From: Candidatus Nanoarchaeia archaeon
GTDB lineage: Archaea; Nanobdellota; Nanobdellia; Woesearchaeales; GW2011-AR4
Length of the DNA: 48,751 bases
Direction: 5' to 3'
Assembly: GCA_035288925.1 (NCBI GenBank)
Contig: DATDYS010000018.1
Span: 1 to 48,751 of the forward strand
Part shown: piece by piece, positions 41,712 through 48,751 of the stretch
Layout: every line of letters starts with the position of its first letter
Numbering within the stretch: the first letter of the stretch is position 1
Position numbers and translations under genes: made by a program
The notes under the pieces: generated by a model
Told to the model about the DNA's origin: nothing
The model's database searches: none
The model's input: only the letters and a program-made list of their open reading frames with translations

Positions 41712-41993
41712 CTACTCCACCATTATATCAAGAATCTCTTCAAGTTCTCTTGTTATTTCTAATCCATGCACAGAGGTTGAACTATGGTGAGGTACAGCCT
41801 TATCTAAAATAGCAATCCTTTCCTCTGGAGTTAATCTTCTATACGCCTCGTTAACTGCATCATAGAGCTTCTTTACAGCTAAGTTTAAAGTAGAATCCTG
41901 CATAACCTGTGCACCCGCATTTAAAGCACAAGAGTGTGCATGAAAAATACTGGCATATTGCTCAAGAGATGGAATTGTGATTTCTTTTGCCAT
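41712..41993 (-). CDS. Hypothetical 93-aa protein (orphan)
   Basis: Clean ATG ORF, MAKEITIPSLEQYASIFHAHSCALNAG... No motif recognised. Confidence 0.4.
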   Translation of the reverse strand: MAKEITIPSLEQYASIFHAHSCALNAGAQVMQDSTLNLAVKKLYDAVNEAYRRLTPEERIAILDKAVPHHSSTSVHGLEITRELEEILDIMVE

Positions 41994-42132
41994 ATTTCAG
42001 AAATAACAAAAAAACAAGCCAACTATTTAAATTTATGCATGCTGTCAGTCTGGGCTATATAGATGGGGATTTCTATTCTATTGCCAAGTTATATAACCAA
42101 ATATTTAAATAATTGAATTCTTATACATAATT

Positions 42133-42672
42133 ATGAAAGCAATAGCAATATTTTCAGCGATATTCCTTGTTTTTTTTGTAGGGTGTGTTCTTCCAAATGA
42201 GCCAATCGCATGCACTGCAGATGCCAAATTATGCCCGGATGGAAGTGGGGTCGGAAGAGTAGGCCCGAACTGCGAATTTGCGCCTTGCCCAGAAACAAAC
42301 AGCACACAAACAGCATGCGAATCATCAGAATGCGGGCCGCAGTTAGGCATGCCCAACTACCTTTGCCCCGACGGAAAAACAACAGCTGGGCCAACGGGAA
42401 GATGCCTCAGGAATTCAGATGGGACGTGCGGATGGGAGGTGACCAGCTGCCCAGCTCCAAATCAAAACGAGCCACTAAAGCAGAATTACTGCACAGCAGG
42501 GCAAAGGCAGGGGGAAATGTGCATTGAATTATACCAGCCGGTCTGCGGATGGTTTGACCCTGCAAGAGTGCAATGCATAAGGTATCCATGCGCAAACACT
42601 TTCAGCAACAGCTGCTTTGCGTGCCACGATGATAAAATTCTTTACTGGACAGAAGGCGAATGTCCGAAATAA
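42133..42672 (+). CDS. Cys-rich secreted lipoprotein with C-terminal Kazal-like domain
   Basis: Signal peptide plus lipobox FFVGC. Repeated LCPDG...C modules. C-terminal CIELYQPVCG...CANTFSNSCFAC shows Kazal-type spacing. Confidence 0.6.
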   Translation: MKAIAIFSAIFLVFFVGCVLPNEPIACTADAKLCPDGSGVGRVGPNCEFAPCPETNSTQTACESSECGPQLGMPNYLCPDGKTTAGPTGRCLRNSDGTCGWEVTSCPAPNQNEPLKQNYCTAGQRQGEMCIELYQPVCGWFDPARVQCIRYPCANTFSNSCFACHDDKILYWTEGECPK

Positions 42673-42736
42673 AAATTTTAAAACCATTAACTATTTATAC
42701 AAGCTTCCCAATAAATTTCTAAAAAAGGTGTGTTAA

Positions 42737-44872
42737 ATGCAATTTAACAGCGGCTATTCTGTCCATCCGGCAGCGGATTATTTCAATGCCATGGACCAGC
42801 CCTACGGCGAAAAGCCGGCTTACGGCGGCGATTTGGGGATAAAAGACATCGGAATGAGCGTTCCAATGGGGATTTCCGCGGCAAATGTCGCAGGCATTTA
42901 TTCTAAAATAAGGATGGGCGCGGGGAACATTGAAATTCAGTTTCCCGGGTACAGAAGCGGCCAGAGAAATGCGCAGACTCCTGAAATGTTTGGCGAAGAC
43001 CAAAGGCAGGCAATCAGGGAACTGTCGATGGCCAATGAGGTCAAGTTCACAACCCACGCTTCTTTCCAATTGATGGGATTAATGGGACGCGATGAGAGAG
43101 GAAATTTCTCGCTTACCGGGGCAACGCAGGACCTGTTTGAATTGAAGAGGGCTATTGATTTTCAGGGCGACATGGGAGGCGGCTCCGTTGTAATCCATTC
43201 CGGGGAGTTTGAAAGGCCGATAACCGACATGTATCTTGATGACGAAACCGGAAAAATAAATCTGGCAAGAGACCCAAGCGGCAGATTGCTTTTCAAGCAG
43301 GCCCACACGCAGGAAGTGGACGCGCACTTTGAATTGCTGGATGACAGGACATCAGCAAAGATTGAAACTGTGCAGAAAAACAGGTTGGTTGCACACCCGG
43401 TATGGAGGCGTGCAGACCATGATTACGATTTCATCGATAACAAAGGAAATTCAGCCCATATAAAAAAAGGGGATTACATAGATTACGAGAACAGAAGGAT
43501 AATCAATCCCTATGATGCAAGAGAAGGCAGAGTTCCTGAATTTGATCAGAGTAAAAAAGAATTCAAAGTCAAGCTTAAAACGTTTGAAGAATTTGCAAGA
43601 GAAGCCGAGGAATACAACAAGTGGTTTGAGCAAAAGGAGCACAGAAAACCCAATTATTATGAGAAGAGGTATCCGGAAGAAGCATATGTCAAGGCAACCC
43701 TTGAGTCGCAGGAAGGAATTGCAAGGGGATGGAGTTTGCAGTATTCGAAAGATTCTCAGACATGGCTAAAGGCTTTAAAAAAACTGGAAGAATCAGAAAA
43801 ATATTATAAAGAATTAAAAGGTAAAATTCCGGTTGAGGAGCAATGGAAGATTATGAGGGAAGACAGGGAACTGCAGCAGGCAACACAGGGATTTGCAGGG
43901 CCTGAAATGGTGGATCCATTGGTATTAATAGAAAAAGCAAAGTTTGACGTTGCGAGAAGATTGGAATTTGACCGTTCAACCGCCGCTTCCCAGGAACAGC
44001 AAGCGGTAGACACAGCCGAGACAAAAAGGCATATTGTAACCCCAATCAAGCGCCTGGAGAAAGAGGGAATCAGATTGTATGCAGAAGCTGCAATTCACGC
44101 TTTGCAAAAAACAAAAGACCCAAACAATCCTGTTGTCCTTGCCGTTGAGCATATTTTCCCGGAAAGATTCGGCGGACATCCCGAAGAATTGAAATGGATA
44201 ATCAGAAAAACAAGGGAAAGAATGGTTGATATGCTTACAAAGCCGGAAATCACATACGGAGCCAGCATGGCGCCCGGCGAAGTGACAGCCGAAACTCTCC
44301 AGCCGAACCCTTATTATATGGGCATAAGCAAGGAAGAAGCAGCGAAACTGGCTGAACGCCACGTCAAGGCAACGATTGACACAGGCCATATTAACCTATG
44401 GAGAAAATACTGGCAGGATGACCCCCGCAAGACCCAAGAGCAAAATGATGTTGACTTTAACAAATGGGCAGTAAAAACAATTGAAAGCCTGGCCAAAGAC
44501 AAAATGGTAGGTAATGTTCATCTTGCGGACAATTATGGGTATCATGACGACCACCTTGCGCCCGGGCAGGGAAACAGCCCTGTAAAAGAAATCGTTTCAA
44601 CCATCAAAAAATATGGCTATGACCGGGCATTTACCGTAGAGCCGGGAGCTGACGCTTCAACTGACCTGAGCGATTTCCACGGGTTGATGAAAACATGGAA
44701 ATTCTTCGGCAGCCCGGTTTACGGGATGGGATTCAGGGGGGGCGGAGCGCCTCAGACATGGGGCGATGTGCAGTATTCATTCGCCGGGCAGAACAAGCCG
44801 CCTTACTATATCTTCGGCGCCTATGCGCCCTCAAACGACTGGACACTATGGAGCGCAGTTCCATTAGAATGA
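42737..44872 (+). CDS. Xylose-isomerase-like (AP endonuclease 2 family) TIM-barrel protein with ~300-aa internal insertion
   Basis: Barrel motifs GNIEIQF, GGSVVIHSGE, VVLAVEH, ATIDTGHINLW, NVHLADNYGYHDDHLAPGQG and AFTVEP. A charged helical insert spans about aa 160-465. Confidence 0.6.
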   Translation: MQFNSGYSVHPAADYFNAMDQPYGEKPAYGGDLGIKDIGMSVPMGISAANVAGIYSKIRMGAGNIEIQFPGYRSGQRNAQTPEMFGEDQRQAIRELSMANEVKFTTHASFQLMGLMGRDERGNFSLTGATQDLFELKRAIDFQGDMGGGSVVIHSGEFERPITDMYLDDETGKINLARDPSGRLLFKQAHTQEVDAHFELLDDRTSAKIETVQKNRLVAHPVWRRADHDYDFIDNKGNSAHIKKGDYIDYENRRIINPYDAREGRVPEFDQSKKEFKVKLKTFEEFAREAEEYNKWFEQKEHRKPNYYEKRYPEEAYVKATLESQEGIARGWSLQYSKDSQTWLKALKKLEESEKYYKELKGKIPVEEQWKIMREDRELQQATQGFAGPEMVDPLVLIEKAKFDVARRLEFDRSTAASQEQQAVDTAETKRHIVTPIKRLEKEGIRLYAEAAIHALQKTKDPNNPVVLAVEHIFPERFGGHPEELKWIIRKTRERMVDMLTKPEITYGASMAPGEVTAETLQPNPYYMGISKEEAAKLAERHVKATIDTGHINLWRKYWQDDPRKTQEQNDVDFNKWAVKTIESLAKDKMVGNVHLADNYGYHDDHLAPGQGNSPVKEIVSTIKKYGYDRAFTVEPGADASTDLSDFHGLMKTWKFFGSPVYGMGFRGGGAPQTWGDVQYSFAGQNKPPYYIFGAYAPSNDWTLWSAVPLE

Positions 44873-44957
44873 ATTCTTAAGAGAAATAATTATATAATTG
44901 TTATGAAATAGGACTTATTCTGCGGATAGTTTTGATTTAAATAATGAATTAAACTTA

Positions 44958-45124
44958 ATCAGGGAGGGAACTTGATTGTCGCACTTTAGGTTATTTATCC
45001 GCCCTCCACCCACCCAAAGATATAAACCAATCAAGTGCAACTGTTGCTCAATAAGAGGAACACAGAAATAAGGTGTGGGAACTATCAGCAATCGGTTGGG
45101 GGCAACAGGCAATGTTCCCCTGAT
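44958..45124 (+). ncRNA. Copy 2 (minimal, 167 nt) of the unclassified structured element
   Basis: It has the same six blocks as 39591-39828, no hairpin insertion, and its own 8-bp helix cttgattg/caatcaag. Confidence 0.45.
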
Positions 45125-45199
45125 AAAAAATTTAATAAAAAATATTTAAAACATTGAACATCAAAAATTAAATCAAAAAAATAAAAACTTACAATTAAA

Positions 45200-45694
45200 A
45201 TGATTGACAAAAAAGATCTTGCAAAGCTCTCCCCTGAAGAGAGGATAAAGCGGCTGAAGCAGCTGGAAGAGGAAAGAAAAAAAGACGCAGGTGAAATAGA
45301 GCAGCTAATAAAACAGTCAATGCAGGAATTAAAGACCGATAGGCTTGCAGAGGAAATTACACCGGAGCGGAAGGCTGTTGACATTTCAAGATTGTTTGAA
45401 AAAGAAAGCGGCGGCAGGCTCGAGAAAGCTGCAAGGCAGTCGGGCAGCGCAGCAGCGGGAAATTACCAGACCGTAACCCAGGTATACCAGGCTTATTCGC
45501 AGTTAAGGGAATTCTATGGCATAGTTGCGGGCGGAAGCAACCTAAGCCAAGACCAGCTTAGGGCAATAGGCCAGATAGGGGAAAAGCTGAACGTTGCCGA
45601 AAAATACATGACAGAGAGCGAGAGAACAGCATCAAAGCTCAATGCAAGCAAGGCAGTTCTGTATAAATTAAAAAAAGAGACGGGATTGGAATGA
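45200..45694 (+). CDS. Hypothetical 164-aa protein with coiled-coil-like N-terminus (orphan)
   Basis: Clean ATG, EERIKRLKQLEEERKKDAGEIEQLIKQ. No domain recognised. Confidence 0.5.
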   Translation: MIDKKDLAKLSPEERIKRLKQLEEERKKDAGEIEQLIKQSMQELKTDRLAEEITPERKAVDISRLFEKESGGRLEKAARQSGSAAAGNYQTVTQVYQAYSQLREFYGIVAGGSNLSQDQLRAIGQIGEKLNVAEKYMTESERTASKLNASKAVLYKLKKETGLE

Positions 45695-45704
45695 TTGATT
45701 TAAT

Positions 45705-46343
45705 CTAAGCTGTTTTTCTCTTAAGATAATAGGCAACTTTATCCAGCAGGAACCACATCTTAAACTCCTGCCATTCCGCTATATCCATCCCACCCATAGG
45801 TACCATTGACATAGTATCGTAACCGCCGGCTCCAACCCCAAATTCTCTCCCGCCATGCCTAAAATATTTAATATGCGCTGCAGCCTTGTCCATAGTTTCA
45901 ACAGAAGCCATCGAGAATCCTTTCTCTGCATTATTTTGCCCGTCAGAATTGGCAAACGATTGATACATTCCGTGAGCCCTGAATTTTCCCACATGGCTAA
46001 AAATTTTTTCATAATCTACATAAGAAGTCTGAATTCCGCCATAATTCTTAGAGACGGTCCCATAACCGCCGATATTTTCGTCCTTATTATCCTTAATTAT
46101 ACTATAAACCTTGCCTGTTTGTGCAGGCGATTTTTCTTTTGCTTCCTTTCTTGCAGTTTCAATGGAATTTCTTATAAAGATGTTAATTAAAGTTGATATT
46201 GGAATCTGAGAAGAAGGTTTTTGCGCCTTTGCCCTTTGTTTTTTTGAAGTTATCTTTAATCTGGGAACTTTAATTCTGGATTTGATTATCTTAACCTTGG
46301 AAAAATCCTTTCTTATTTTTTCAGCCAGTGTTACATCTGCCAT
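45705..46343 (-). CDS. Hypothetical ~212-aa protein (orphan; basic N-terminus, Gly/Met-rich C-terminal half)
   Basis: First ATG at 46343 (the track start at 46352 is GTG). No domain recognised. Confidence 0.5.
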   Translation of the reverse strand: MADVTLAEKIRKDFSKVKIIKSRIKVPRLKITSKKQRAKAQKPSSQIPISTLINIFIRNSIETARKEAKEKSPAQTGKVYSIIKDNKDENIGGYGTVSKNYGGIQTSYVDYEKIFSHVGKFRAHGMYQSFANSDGQNNAEKGFSMASVETMDKAAAHIKYFRHGGREFGVGAGGYDTMSMVPMGGMDIAEWQEFKMWFLLDKVAYYLKRKTA

Positions 46344-46451
46344 TTGGTTCACTTGGATATAACATCCAACAGAAGTGCTTATATTAAAACTTTGCGATTT
46401 TCACTAAAATAGGGCAAAATATTTAAAGCCAAGAAAAAGCAGATAATTAAA

Positions 46452-46985
46452 ATGAAAGAATTGGTTTTTAAGAAAATAAAAAGGGAATATGATGATTTCT
46501 ACAAATCGCTTATGAAAAGGGGCAAGCTTCCGATGTGGAGCACCGAAAAAGGATTTTGGAACGCGTCTATCGCGGACGAAGTTTTTGAAAGCTTTAAGAA
46601 AGTAAAGCTAAACAAGTTCAAAAACTTCCTTGACATAGGGAGCGGCGACGGAAAAGTTGTTCTGATTGCATCATTGTTCTGCAAGAACGCCGAAGGCATA
46701 GAGATAGATGATATTTTGCACCACAAAGCCATTGAAATCCAGTCAAAGCTTAAAGTGAACAATGCCGTTTTCCATAACAAAGATTTTTTCGAGCATGACT
46801 TTTCTAAATATGATGTATTGTTCACTGCCCCCGATACTCCGTTTGAAAGGGGGCTGGAAAACAAACTGCTTAAGGAAATGAGTGGAAAGCTGATTCATTA
46901 CGGGCATCATTTTCATCCCCAGAATCTGAAGAAAGAAGATTCTTTTACGGTGAACGGGACGCTGGTTAGCTTGTATTCTAAGTAA
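46452..46985 (+). CDS. Class I SAM-dependent methyltransferase
   Basis: FLDIGSGDGKVVLIAS (motif I) and EGIEID (motif II acidic residue). Confidence 0.7.
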   Translation: MKELVFKKIKREYDDFYKSLMKRGKLPMWSTEKGFWNASIADEVFESFKKVKLNKFKNFLDIGSGDGKVVLIASLFCKNAEGIEIDDILHHKAIEIQSKLKVNNAVFHNKDFFEHDFSKYDVLFTAPDTPFERGLENKLLKEMSGKLIHYGHHFHPQNLKKEDSFTVNGTLVSLYSK

Positions 46986-47814
46986 AAACCATAACCCCAA
47001 AATTCTCGCCTGAAATCCCAACATCATTGACAAAAAAATTATTTTTGTCTGTTATTTTTAATTTATTATTTGAAGAAACAAGAAAGTATAATTTGCTTTT
47101 AGCAGTGCTTACAACATCGCCATAGATTAATTTATCATTGTTTCTCTTGTACCTTCTTAACAAAAATATTCCTTCGTCCATTGTATAAATCACAGCGGAT
47201 TTCAAAACGCCGGAAAACATTTCTGCAAGCTCTTTTGAATGTTTATGAACAATTTTAAGATTATTTTTTGCAATTTCAATTGAGTGGCTGCATCCAAAGC
47301 TGTGCGGAAAATGGCTTAATAACGAAATGTCAAAATGCCGTGCAGCAATATTATTGTAGAATGAAAATTCAAAGCCGCCGGAATTTTTAAGAACTTTCAA
47401 AGTCAAATCTATGTTTTTCTCATCAAAATTTTTCTGGAAAAATTCACAGCAGCATTCTGGATAGCCGAGAATCAGTCCAAGCTCAAGATGATTATTTTTC
47501 TCCTCTGCAATTTTTGCCTTTTCAGCTTTATCTTTGTCTTTCGACAGATAAACAAAAAAATTGGCTTTTCTTGAATCATCCTTAGGAATTTTTATAGATT
47601 TGTCAGAGTAAAACTCGCTTTGGGTGTTTTGTTTTATGGCTTTAAAGTCTGAAACAGAATAACTTAGCTTATTTTCATCCAGGAAATTGGTAACTTTATC
47701 CAGTTCATCTTCAAAAACAATAATTCTTGCGCATGGCTTTGCATCTTCCAGGACATAAAGGACTTCCAGGGATTTTGTCAGCGAATGAAAGATTTGCTGA
47801 AGCTGAGGTATCAT
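46978..47814 (-). CDS. Hypothetical protein with GYPECCCEFF Cys motif
   Basis: The start MIPQLQQIF lies 1 nt after the upstream stop. The motifs are LGLILGYPECCCEFF and HFPHSFGCSHS. The family is not confidently recognised. Confidence 0.5.
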   Translation of the reverse strand: MIPQLQQIFHSLTKSLEVLYVLEDAKPCARIIVFEDELDKVTNFLDENKLSYSVSDFKAIKQNTQSEFYSDKSIKIPKDDSRKANFFVYLSKDKDKAEKAKIAEEKNNHLELGLILGYPECCCEFFQKNFDEKNIDLTLKVLKNSGGFEFSFYNNIAARHFDISLLSHFPHSFGCSHSIEIAKNNLKIVHKHSKELAEMFSGVLKSAVIYTMDEGIFLLRRYKRNNDKLIYGDVVSTAKSKLYFLVSSNNKLKITDKNNFFVNDVGISGENFGVMVFT

Positions 47815-47815
47815 T

Positions 47816-48082
47816 TTAGTCTTGCTGCAGGGCAATCTGCTCCAATTCCAGAAGTTGTTTTTTAAGGTCAACAGAATTAAGCAATGTGCATATTTGGTCT
47901 CTTGAAACGAGCAAGCCCTTAACTTCAGTAAATGGCACCTGTTGAACGCCTGCTGAACTCCGGCATCTAAAATAGTCTGGCCCTACTCCAACCACTTTTG
48001 ACAAGTGCAATCCTCCCGTGTGAGTTCCGATAAGATAAAAATAACCTATGTGGGCATCAACAGGCCTAATTTGGTATGTCAT
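47816..48082 (-). CDS. Hypothetical 88-aa protein coupled to the GYPxCC gene
   Basis: ATG ORF with higher G+C. Its stop lies 1 nt before the downstream ATG. Confidence 0.4.
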   Translation of the reverse strand: MTYQIRPVDAHIGYFYLIGTHTGGLHLSKVVGVGPDYFRCRSSAGVQQVPFTEVKGLLVSRDQICTLLNSVDLKKQLLELEQIALQQD

Positions 48083-48208
48083 AGGCGGCAGAATGATACA
48101 AAAACTTATAATGCTTTCGGAAAATAACAGGAATAAAAATAAATGTGTTTAGCCGTCAGAACAATCAAAACCGCAAACTATAAAAAGAAATTACCTTATT
48201 GGATTTTC

Positions 48209-48751
48209 ATGGCTGAAGAAGAAATGAAGGAAAGTGATTTTGAGCACCAGTCGTGCCCCCTGTGCGGCGAGAAGACGCTGATATTAACAGAAAGGGATAC
48301 CGAAGTGCCTTATTTCGGCAAAGTCTACATGTTTTCTATGACGTGCAACAGCTGTAAATACCATAAAGCGGATATTGAAGCGACTGAGCGGAAGGACCCG
48401 GTAAAATATGAATTTGAGATTTCAAGCGAGGAGGATATGAAAGTCCGCGTTGTCAAATCCTCTGAAGCGACTGTAAAGCTGCCGCATATCGCATCAATAA
48501 CACCGGGGCCTGCGGCACAGGGCTATGTTACAAACGTTGAAGGAATCCTTAACCGGGTCAAGTACCAGGTTGAAGTCGCAAGAGACAGCGAGGAAGATGA
48601 AACCGAAAAGAAAAAAGCAAAAAACCTCCTGAAAAAGCTGCTGAACATCACGTGGGGGAAAGAAAAGCAGAAATTAATTATAGAAGACCCAAGCGGGAAT
48701 TCCGCGATAATAAGCGATAAAGCCATCAAAAGCCAGCTGAAAGTGAAGAAA
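48209..48751 (+). CDS. ZPR1-type zinc-finger protein (3' end beyond the window)
   Basis: My translation is MAEEEMKESDFEHQSCPLCGEKTLILTERDTEVPYFGKVYMFSMTCNSCKYH...VVKSSEATVKLPHI... It is open to the window end, so it is absent from the ORF track. Confidence 0.7.
   Translation, partial: MAEEEMKESDFEHQSCPLCGEKTLILTERDTEVPYFGKVYMFSMTCNSCKYHKADIEATERKDPVKYEFEISSEEDMKVRVVKSSEATVKLPHIASITPGPAAQGYVTNVEGILNRVKYQVEVARDSEEDETEKKKAKNLLKKLLNITWGKEKQKLIIEDPSGNSAIISDKAIKSQLKVKK

Noticed and set aside
42105-42595. Overlapping ORFs 42105..42356(-), 42131..42394(-), 42210..42527(+) and 42407..42595(-).
   Set aside because: They lie inside the Kazal-like lipoprotein gene. Long alternative frames are expected in G+C-richer DNA. 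Only the 42133 frame has a signal peptide and an ordered Cys pattern.
43079-44502. Multiple antisense or alternative-frame ORFs within the 711-aa gene.
   Set aside because: The plus frame carries coherent TIM-barrel motifs across its whole length. The alternative frames have Cys/Ser/Leu-rich nonsense-like translations.
39591-45124. The two elements as DGR template/variable repeats, or as terminal direct repeats of a mobile element.
   Set aside because: The mismatches are not adenine-specific and no reverse transcriptase is present. There is no integrase, transposase or target-site duplication. The similarity is confined to short ordered blocks rather than continuous repeats. The mobile-element idea is not fully excluded, but it is unsupported.
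1-48751. Looked for CRISPR arrays, rRNA genes, IS elements or transposases, integrases, reverse transcriptases and known defence-system signatures.
   Set aside because: I saw no regularly spaced direct repeats, no rRNA-like conserved segments, and no DDE, tyrosine-recombinase or RT motifs in any ORF translation.

Overview
This is a 48.75-kb window from a low-GC archaeon. Archaeal markers are Spt5, aEF-2, the L7Ae-S28e-L24e-NDK cluster, a preflagellin-type peptidase and TATA boxes about 21-28 nt upstream of many ATGs. A DPANN-like small genome is inference only. All calls come from motif recognition by eye; no searches were run.

Gene content:
- A long minus-strand Fe-S and sulfur-relay operon runs from 11523 down to 1976. 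Its order is HTH regulator, intein-containing sufB, sufD, an orphan 93-aa ORF, sufS, sufU, sufC, sufA, a GG-ended ubiquitin-like protein, a TtuA/NcsA-type thiolase and a DMT transporter.
- An E1-like ThiF/UbaA enzyme lies nearby.
- Other housekeeping genes include ldh, dCMP deaminase with a kinase, NrdR, DUF1385, YhbY, Trm112, AlkD, split NnrE/NnrD and a Kef antiporter.
- There is one tRNA-Ser(UGA).
- I saw no rRNA, CRISPR array, transposase, integrase or reverse transcriptase.

Most unusual observations:
1. Two copies of a block-conserved, self-complementary non-coding element (39591-39828 and 44958-45124) each precede an orphan gene. They lie inside a G+C-richer 6.8-kb island of unrecognisable proteins, which also holds a Kazal-like lipoprotein and a TIM-barrel protein with a roughly 300-aa insertion.
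2. A roughly 520-nt helix-rich non-coding region lies at 22328-22848.
3. About ten compositionally atypical orphan ORFs are wedged singly between conserved genes.
4. sufB carries a LAGLIDADG intein.
5. A box C/D-like K-turn motif sits in the L7Ae leader.
6. An inverted-repeat operator brackets the nnrE TATA box.
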